Positions 55,417 to 64,000 of a stretch of 64,000 nucleotides of DNA are shown in pieces. The notes beneath the pieces are model-generated. The model ran no database searches. It saw nothing but the letters and a program-made list of their open reading frames with translations, and was not told the origin of the DNA. Every line of letters begins with the position of its first letter. Position 1 is the first letter of the stretch. The DNA is from Balanoglossus misakiensis. Lineage: Eukaryota > Animalia > Hemichordata. The translations under genes were made by a program, and so were the position numbers. The DNA is taken from NCBI GenBank assembly GCA_040954595.2, contig CM082587.2, positions 6,003,705 to 6,067,704 of the forward strand, written 5' to 3'.

Positions 55417-56277
55417 CGTAATACCTCCTGGGTCATAGTGCCTATACATGTATTCCGAGGCACCCGAGATCCAAATTCTCCCTACCTTAAATAGGATTTT
55501 GCTACCTAGGTGAGTGACGAAAATCATATGGTTCAAGATGGCCGATTTTTGCCATGTTTAGGAAATGGAAGTTCAAAGGCTAGTAAAGTGATGGTGGGTT
55601 ATTCTAAAAGTATTACTAACAGAAAATATAACAAAAAGTTGAATGAGTTTAACATGCTAACTGCAAAGACAGAATTTTTCCTTATCAAAGGAAGTCATGA
55701 AATACAGTCAGGGCTAACATATCATTTTTTCAAGATCTTACAGTGAGTCGTCGACTTTTTACCCAAAATGCAATTATTAAAACGAGACCTGAAGTAAAAA
55801 AAAACTATTAGGCCTAAAGGCAGCCAGAAGTCCAAACTACAATGCAATTTGACGCCTATCAACAGCACGGGTTTCATGCTGGACTGTGATATTCGCAAAC
55901 AAATAGGATATTTTCAGGATACAGACATTTGTCAATACTATATATGGAATATGTAATGACAACAGGAATCTCAAGCTGAATATGTCAATTCTCGAAATGT
56001 GTCGTCGCGACCGAAAAGACCACGTGACAGCTCCCTTAGAATACAAAAGACATTCTATTTTTGTCTATCTGTCTGTCTTTGAAACTACTGGCTTCTAATC
56101 CAGCCTATAAATCTTTTTGATGTGTGGTACAAACAACTGAGTGAGCAAACTTTATTTTGGGTTCAAAGTAATGACTCACCTTTAAACGCTTGCCAGTAGA
56201 CACCATTGTTTTGTTCGTGTCATTTTATACAAATAAAGCTCATTAGAATTGGTCGCGTCAAAACACGAATATTCGTG

Positions 56278-56312
56278 TCTAACCACGGTCTCGTGGAGTG
56301 ACCGTGGTCTAA
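56278..56312. mobile_element. 25-bp internally deleted copy of the same hairpin element with 5-bp TSD (TCTAA)
   Basis: tctaa|CCACGGTCTCGTGGAGTGACCGTGG|tctaa. The right 15 bp are identical to the 55373 element. Confidence 0.8.
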
Positions 56313-56365
56313 TAACCGATTGGGCTCAAACTGAACAATTTTCCTACATCTACAAACGTCATACG

Positions 56366-56394
56366 TTAAAGGGCCATTGTCTGTAACACCTGGC
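56366..56394. repeat. TTAA-type MITE terminus related to 2238-2267
   Basis: TTAAAGGGCCATTGTCTGTAACACCTGGC versus the reverse complement of 2238-2267, TTAAAGGGCCACTATCTGTAAATGTCTGGC. Confidence 0.6.
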
Positions 56395-59300
56395 CGTAGG
56401 CAACGTGGAAACGATTAACACAGCGCGTTATAATAATCATAAGTTGTCTTGAGCAAAAAAAACGAGGAAAAGTTTAAGACTTTGATCTCCAAAACGCAAA
56501 CTACCTTAAAAAGGTTGCGAGCTCGAATCCAATAAAATTCGAGTCTATTTTGCGGGAGAGGAGGGATCGGTCATCACATTCCAAGTCTGGATGGTATGTC
56601 CAGTTTCCAGGGCAGCATGAGGTAAAATTTTCTTGCCCTAAAACAAACAGAGACCTTACTTCCGTAACTTGAGACGCGGGGTTGCGTAAGCCTTTATCCT
56701 ACCTAACTCACAAAAAACCACGACAACCTATTAACCAAGATGAGGACCAAGTTCACGACAAGCTGCCGGGAACTCAGAGGACGATATATTTTTCACCTAA
56801 AATATCGATCGATATTTGTCCTTTTGCGGAGGCCGACAAGCTGAAATCGTTGATAAAGGAAAAATCGATTCACGAAGATGCTTCCATGATATGAAATATA
56901 TCGACACATTTTAGCACGTCTGCGAACAAGTAAACATCAAATAAACGTTGACCGTAACAGATGGTCTGTGTGTACAACCAAGGTTATCAAGATTGTTATA
57001 AATTATACCTCGCAGGTTTGCAACTGAAAAATGGATCACTTTGTGTATCGTCAGCCAATGAAATTTATTGATAAATTGGCACATATGTTAGCAAAGAGAT
57101 TGGCATTTATGGAAATTTCACCATAACTAAGGAAACAGCGATTGGAATTCGACTTCAACCGGCCCCACCATCACACCTTTATGAAGTGTTTGGCTGCAAA
57201 AGGAAATACACCTTTCTTTTCTAAGTTTCTTGGTATTTTTTGCCGTGTACAAAATTAAATCATATAATGTACATAAAAAATGTGCAAATTTAATTCATTC
57301 TCATCATTCAGATATGTCCATCCATATATGCAGACAGATATACAGATAGATTAATTGTATCTTTCAAGTCGTCGTTGTACCGAATACCCTCTCCTGTGAC
57401 TTCAAGACAACTTTTGTAATTGTTTATTATGCGACAACAACGCCGCATCTTTATTCGACGACAGCACAACTGAACCCGACTGCATTCCGAAGAGAAACAC
57501 TTTCCGCGGACCGTTTTTTTTTTTTTGCAAATCGATACGCATAGATAAGTGCCAGAAATTTCATTTGTGAAAAAAATACAGGTTCTAATTTTCTAATGAA
57601 TTTCCTCTTAACCCCTTAATGGCGCTACTCGCGGAAATTGTGATTACTTTCAAAGTGTAGAATAGCAGTTTAACCAATCGCTCCATCAAATCTGCTTTCA
57701 GCAGAAATACTACAATGCGAATGGTCCCTTACTTTCAATTACCTACCCCCGTGCACTGAAAACTGTTTGCTCACGACGACCTCTGTGTTTTTCAAACACC
57801 ATCGATCACTGTCCGGGAAACTTTGAAAATGTTTTCCATATTTAGAAGTAAAAAAATATGATGCCACCACGACATCAATTAATTTGTCGACACTTTGCGC
57901 GTAGGATTACCAAACTGCACTGCATTCGATCGGACTATGATTAAAAGATCGGTGAATTCGATTCGATGCCAATCGAGACGGTTTTGTGCAAGCCCACGCC
58001 TCGCCCTTTGATATGTCACGAAATGTTGGCGGCTTACAAGATAGATGGTTGCATATTTGTGGGGGGAAAAGTTGTTCGCTTAAATGCATGATTGATGCCA
58101 ATTTTTTTTAAAGTAGGTCATTTTAGAGGCGAAACCGTAGAAAAATTAAGACAAATCAATTCTGCGGAGAAAAACATGTATACTTTTTGCAATCATTATT
58201 ATCTTGGTAAAGGTACTGCAACTCCTTGTAGTTTGTTAGGCATCACTTGAGGCATGTTGCTGGTCAAGCTTTGCCTAAATTGGCCAAAGACCCGCTGTAT
58301 TGGTCACTCATTGAGATTAGTAATGCTGTAAGTCTCGGACAAGAGCCGATAGTCAGTGGTTGGCCGCAGACCCTTACTCTGATGGAGGGACTGCGCGCCG
58401 GCTTGAGCTGTTCGGACATTCTGACCACAGAAGTTGGGTCGGAGCTCGGACCCAGGCACGACAAACATCTGTCTAGGGATAGCATCAGTGTGAACTGATC
58501 CCCCCCCCCCCCCAGATCAGGCTCGAGCGAAAACACGACTTTTGGTCATCATAAGCACACTGGTACAGTTGTTTTCATTGTTAGCCGTGACGCGGATGTT
58601 TTCGGGCTTGCCGGGGTATTCCAGCGCCGATCGTGAGCTGAATTCAATTCACCTCGCCTTGATGTTTTTGTCTCTCAAACGACTTTCCCCATCGCTGGCT
58701 TTTCTTTTCTTTTCTTTTTTATTTTGACACCCGAACTGTAACAATGAACAGTTGGCACGGCGGAGCGCGCGTAAATGATTATATTGGCTGTTTCACATGT
58801 AGTTTGCTAGCGGCATGGATACGCGCGAGTTTTTTTCTTCTGGAGAACAGTATCTATGGTTCAAGTAACAAGCAACCAGTGCCTTGTTTACATACGTAAA
58901 TTAAGTCATCTTCCGCATCAACACGCGACAGCAATACATCACCAAACACGTGCTTTCATAACATATCTAGGACTATTTTAGTATTTGAGTTCAATGTCAT
59001 GATAGTATCTTACGCAATCTGCCATTTTTGTACTCCTCCGCCAAACCTAGGCCCTATTGTATAACTACAAGATATGTCTTCTCTGTCGCTAGTACTTCAT
59101 GACATTTTCATATGCTATTTCTTGTTTTTGCTGTAGCTGTTTCTTTGTTTGAAAGTGCAGTCTCCTTACTAGTGACCAGTTTCTTTTTTATTGCCTGCTT
59201 TGAGGCAATAAAATAAAATAATGGTCCGGCAGACGACCGAGCCGCGCAAGGCAACAAAAACAGCACACAAGCTACGTGTGCGCGGGCACTTCGCTTCGTT

Positions 59301-62300
59301 TTCTGGCGCCAAATATCATATTGTCGTCGTCTGTCGAATTCTAACCATCGAGGCAACTGAAATTGTTTCTAGGGAGACGGATACTCTGGCACTGCGTTCG
59401 CACCCTGCAGACGGCTTTAAAGGGTCACGCTGAGCGCCACTAACAATACCTCGGTCGTTTGAATAACCACGCTCCGCACTACGCCGCTGCAAAGGGTTTC
59501 GAGTACGTGAAAGGTTACCCGGGGTCGCTGTCTGGTTATTTACGTCTGCAGCTGACACAGTCTCCGCCATATTATGCAAATTAGCTGTGGTCGGATGACA
59601 ATTCTCGCTTCTTATCTTTTTATACAGGGGGAAAGAACTTCACCTCAACCTTTTTGTACCACGATAAATTTGGACTCAAAATACGTGAATATAGTTAAAA
59701 CCAGTCGATTTCGTGCCAAATATCCATGCTGAGTGGTAGTTTTTGGTTAAGTGTGAATTCGTCGCCTCGTGTGAAAATTTTCGATTTCACACACCAACCC
59801 TGTATGCTTGAAGCATGCCCCAATACGACTGCTTTTAAATATAGAGGATTACTGAAATGGTCAGCTTGTCTCAGAAATTAGCAAAATCCTGCAGCTCACA
59901 AATATATAGACAATCGCAGAAATCAAAATGGCGTCGGGGGAGAGTGCCAGTGTCACAGACCGCACGCTGAATCAATGCAGTCCAGCTCGAAAGCAAACAA
60001 GATTAGTCCAACTCAACACTCGTAGTTCTATTAAATTGCATTCAAAGGACATGTAGACCCTAGCATTGGTGGTATTATGTCAATAAAACGTTAGTTTTGA
60101 GTTTTACAAACTTCACAAACACAAACAGACAATCACATTATGCCCCAGAATGGAACTTCAGACAAACATGACGTTGGAGAAAAAAAAGATTGTGACCTAT
60201 GAACGTGCAGCCATTCGGTTTCAAAGCAACCATCACCATTACAAATAAGCCCCAGTCGTCACATAACAGATGTGTTCCAATTGATCTTAAGAACAAAAAA
60301 GGAATAAACGACAGATCAAATGGCCGACTTCAAAAGTCCTTTGTGTCAAAAACCTCACAAAAACAACCTGATGTTTATATTGCCTAGGCCCACATGGTAA
60401 AATTTCTATAAAAAAATCGTTAAGCGGATGCTGGCTCGGAACGTGACTATTTACCAGGTTTGTGATATAAATGTATGGATCTGGCTTCATGAAGGCTTTT
60501 GACCTTTTTTGAAGCGGGGTTTCCTTAAAAATATTGACAACCAAGATGAAAATATTCCGCCAAGCAAGAGAAAAGATGGAAATGTTCTTGTATACGTTTT
60601 AGGTCGACTCTTGTCAATGTGCCAACGGAAGGTTAACGTTGCGTGTGAATAAAGCCCACAGATTGCATAAAAATACAATGGGTCTCATATTGCCAGTCAC
60701 GTACACGTTGAAATGAAAAGACAAACATATAGTCTAATACAGTACACTGAGATAAGGTATTCTGACTACATGAACAGCCCAAGACTTTTCGTCTAACGTG
60801 GGGTACATCACGCGTACCAATAGCGGTCACAAATTTGACGACACGGTGGTAATATAGTGGTAACTTTAAAACTACAAAGAAGTCATGGTTTTTCTGAGGG
60901 AATTTAAAACGATGGGGCAGGGTCGAATCTTGTTTGGTGGTTAGGCGTGGGTGTAGGGAGTGCCAAATGAATGGCACTATATGCTGATGGGTATCTTGGG
61001 CCGCGGCGTTATACTGCATGTTACAAGCTGTTCTTCATGATTCACCCTATCCGTGAGAAACACTAAACTGCCTCTAATTTGCCCAATTTACATAATATAT
61101 CAGCACTGCTCAATCGTGTGATTAACCTTATTTTTTCACACCAATCGACCTCCCATCGATGAATAATGTCAATAAGTGTATACCCTCGTCCCCACTTCTG
61201 AACTCTTTGGGATCAAATATCGAAAAAGGTGGGCAGACAAATAGGGGACCCGACAGCACACAAAGTGCCCCCACCCCCCAAATTCATGTCTGCAGCCTCG
61301 TTTATATCATTTACTCAAGAATCAATTTTAGACAAAAATTCTGCAGTGTAACCTCACCAACTTTGTGTAATTTTTCAAGATGCGAGCTTGTATTCCGCAG
61401 ATATCTAACATCCCGAATCTGAATATACATTCTGGAAGAAAAATATTCTACAAACTTCAAATTATCCTTATCCCGATCAAAAAAAAACAACAACAGGGAA
61501 AACGCTAGAGTTATTGTGAAGGTATGGGCCGCGCCAGACTCTTAGCAGGAGTTCCCCGTGTGTGTGTTTGTGCATTCATTTCTCTTTTAAGATTCCCTTT
61601 ACATTGCTTCTTAATAAAGCAGGACGGCGGAAAGCTATAGGTATTGTCCATACCATTGTATTTTCCCTCACAATTATACAAGGTGTAAAAGGCAGGGTTT
61701 GTTTCCCAGCTTTAACTAGGTTTTTGCCTTTAATAAAAGTGAATGCTATGGACACGGATCCCTTGTATTTCTCCTTCTTTCTATCATTTTTGGCAATCAA
61801 GAGCTGTACACCAGAACGACTGGCGAATCGGCGAAAACGAATGCGAGCACCCGCATTATTCTTACAATTTTGCTACCCTGTATCGTCCCTGATGCTTAAT
61901 AACCGCCAGACGACTGTGATTCGAATTCCCATGCTTTTTTCCCCTGTACTTCCCGGTCAAAGTATTGGGGGGAGGGATCGTACGGGTAGTGGCCGCATGA
62001 CTTTGCATGTACGCATGTTTAATCACACAGCTGCAGAGATTTCGTCAAACATTTCTTAATTCCAGTTAGCAAACGCCTACATGTGTGCGTCACACTTTAA
62101 AGTCGTTTCTGCGAAACTTTGGTCGCAACAGTTTCCTACATAACTATTAGTCGAGAGCCGATTCGCCACAAACTTTAAATTTGGTCCATTTCGGGAATCT
62201 CTATTGACTACTTTATGATAGCCCTTATCTTAAATTTCTAAGACAAGACTCTTTTAAACAATCGTTTAGTTGGTTATTACTTTTTCTGCGGACATATGGA

Positions 62301-64000
62301 TATTTCTTGCGGACTTTTCATCCCCTTGTTAAAAAAAAATCAACTACTGAATATTTGAAGTAAAATCATATGGAAACCTCCCTGCTGTTCTTGAACTTGT
62401 TTCGTTTTAACATAATAATTTCATTATTAATACTCTTTCCCCAATTACACTAGAGCACCGGCTGTTATATCTACAACAACATTCTTTTTCTGTTTCTGTG
62501 TGAAAGATCGATTTACAACACTACTTTCCCACAAAGACTCCGCGCCCTGTAGTGTTTACTTTTCAAATTATCCGGACGCCCCTCTGGAGATAGCTATACA
62601 GATGTATGAATCCATTTGGAAGCCCAAGAAAAGAAGCGACATATCACACAAATGAAACCCTACGACAAAAAAAGAAGCGCCCAAGAAAATGGACCGGCCT
62701 CGACGAGAACGCGATCGTCGTATTCTCGGGGCCTGGGTTTTCCATCCGATCGTAGCCAACAAAAGCGCACCACTGTTTCTCGGCCTGTCTACTTTGTTTC
62801 CTCGAGAGACTGTTGCTTTTAAAACGTCCCCTGTTGAAACTTGTCCCACAACCACACAGATTTCAATTCACGGTACATCGTTTTCTCAGGAAAGTGTTTA
62901 TTCTGCACACAGGAGTTTGCACACGAGTTACTCTATCAGCAGAACGATCATTCCGTTTTTTTGATCACGGACTCAGATTTTTTTTCAAATCGTAAGCTTC
63001 ATGTTACCACTTGTTTCTGAACAACAATGATTCTTTGACAGGAATACACGTTTTTTTCGTATACTGAAAGACTTGTATTTTAAATACGGGCTCGCTTCTC
63101 GCGTTTAATATAGCCGCTGAGAATTATGCAGGTACTGGTATAAGTTTCAAAAAGCATATTCTTATTCGAACCATCATGCTTATTGGTGGAACACGAACAA
63201 GAGAAGTAGAATGTGTATCTCCACGGAGTCAACGTCAAATTATGACCGTTAGCGCAATCGATTTCTTAAGCGAACATTTGTCTGGACGTGAAGAACACGC
63301 GGTATGATCACCAAAAATGGAAAAGTTCTAACACCTATACTGCGACTTATTCGTCACATGCAACGAGGAGTCAACCCAACGAAGTAGACGACGGCTTTCT
63401 GTCGGTGTCGGCTGGGGAACTGAACCTTAAAGTTTTTTTCAATCAACACTCTGAAACTGTGGTGTTAGCTTTGCACAAGCGGGCTTTTTTCGGACTTGCA
63501 TAACGAAGTTGCCAGAGTTATGAGATTTGGTTATGGGGAAATATGCAACGAAAATATAAAAGGACAAAAAACTTCTTAATAATCGTGCAAAAATAAGGGC
63601 AGACAGATCAAAAATATCTTATTTCTGTCGGCTTTTTCTGCTATGAAATCGCTATATTCGCCATACGGATGTCAGTAAACTGGCCCTCCTGAATATTAAC
63701 AGGGCTTTTTCAGGACCAATCTCTTATTGTCCCGTATATTTCTGTAAATAAATGATATAGTGGTATAGATCCAGTAGAGTAAATGGTTATAAAACCAACT
63801 GTCTGGCAAAACACGTTAGCGATGTGCAGGAATTCTGTAGACGAAACCATGATTTTGTGGGCGGTGGGTCTATTCTAACACTCCGCTACTACCAACCCCT
63901 TTTTCGGTCGTCTCGGCTTCCTGCGCGGTAACATTTCGTCGTTTGGATAAATTTTTATCACTCAAACTGGTTTAGCGGGTATTTAAACACAAAACACATC

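Noticed and set aside
61562-62059. Longest ORF in the track (165 aa)
   Set aside because: Non-ATG start, no recognisable domain and no splice context.
1-64000. CRISPR arrays, rRNA/tRNA genes, intact transposase or reverse-transcriptase ORFs
   Set aside because: None seen; the sequence is intron-containing eukaryotic DNA with only short non-autonomous elements.

Overview
Eukaryotic, AT-rich genomic DNA. It is probably from an invertebrate deuterostome, an inference from the vertebrate-like GCNF sequence, MITE types, poly-G tracts and mosaic CpG depletion. The only securely identifiable gene is a minus-strand germ cell nuclear factor (GCNF/NR6A1). It has a DNA-binding-domain exon (2489-2746), a 56-bp T-box exon (1961-2016) and a plausible phase-compatible first coding exon (41640-41763) in a CpG-rich region, separated from the DBD exon by a ~39 kb intron. 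The remaining exons presumably lie before base 1. The rest is non-coding and holds several MITE families (TTAA-, TA-, 5-bp- and 9-bp-TSD types) and simple repeats. Points of most interest: (1) a cluster of GCNF-type response elements, including a perfect DR0, inside the gene's own intron, suggesting autoregulation; (2) a divergent nuclear-receptor LBD-like reading frame ~9 kb upstream on the same strand, with weak collinear NR6A-like fragments that may be a decayed tandem paralogue (unproven); (3) 25-39 bp hairpin elements with 5-bp TSDs; (4) CpG decay of a MITE copy that helps create an octamer site.
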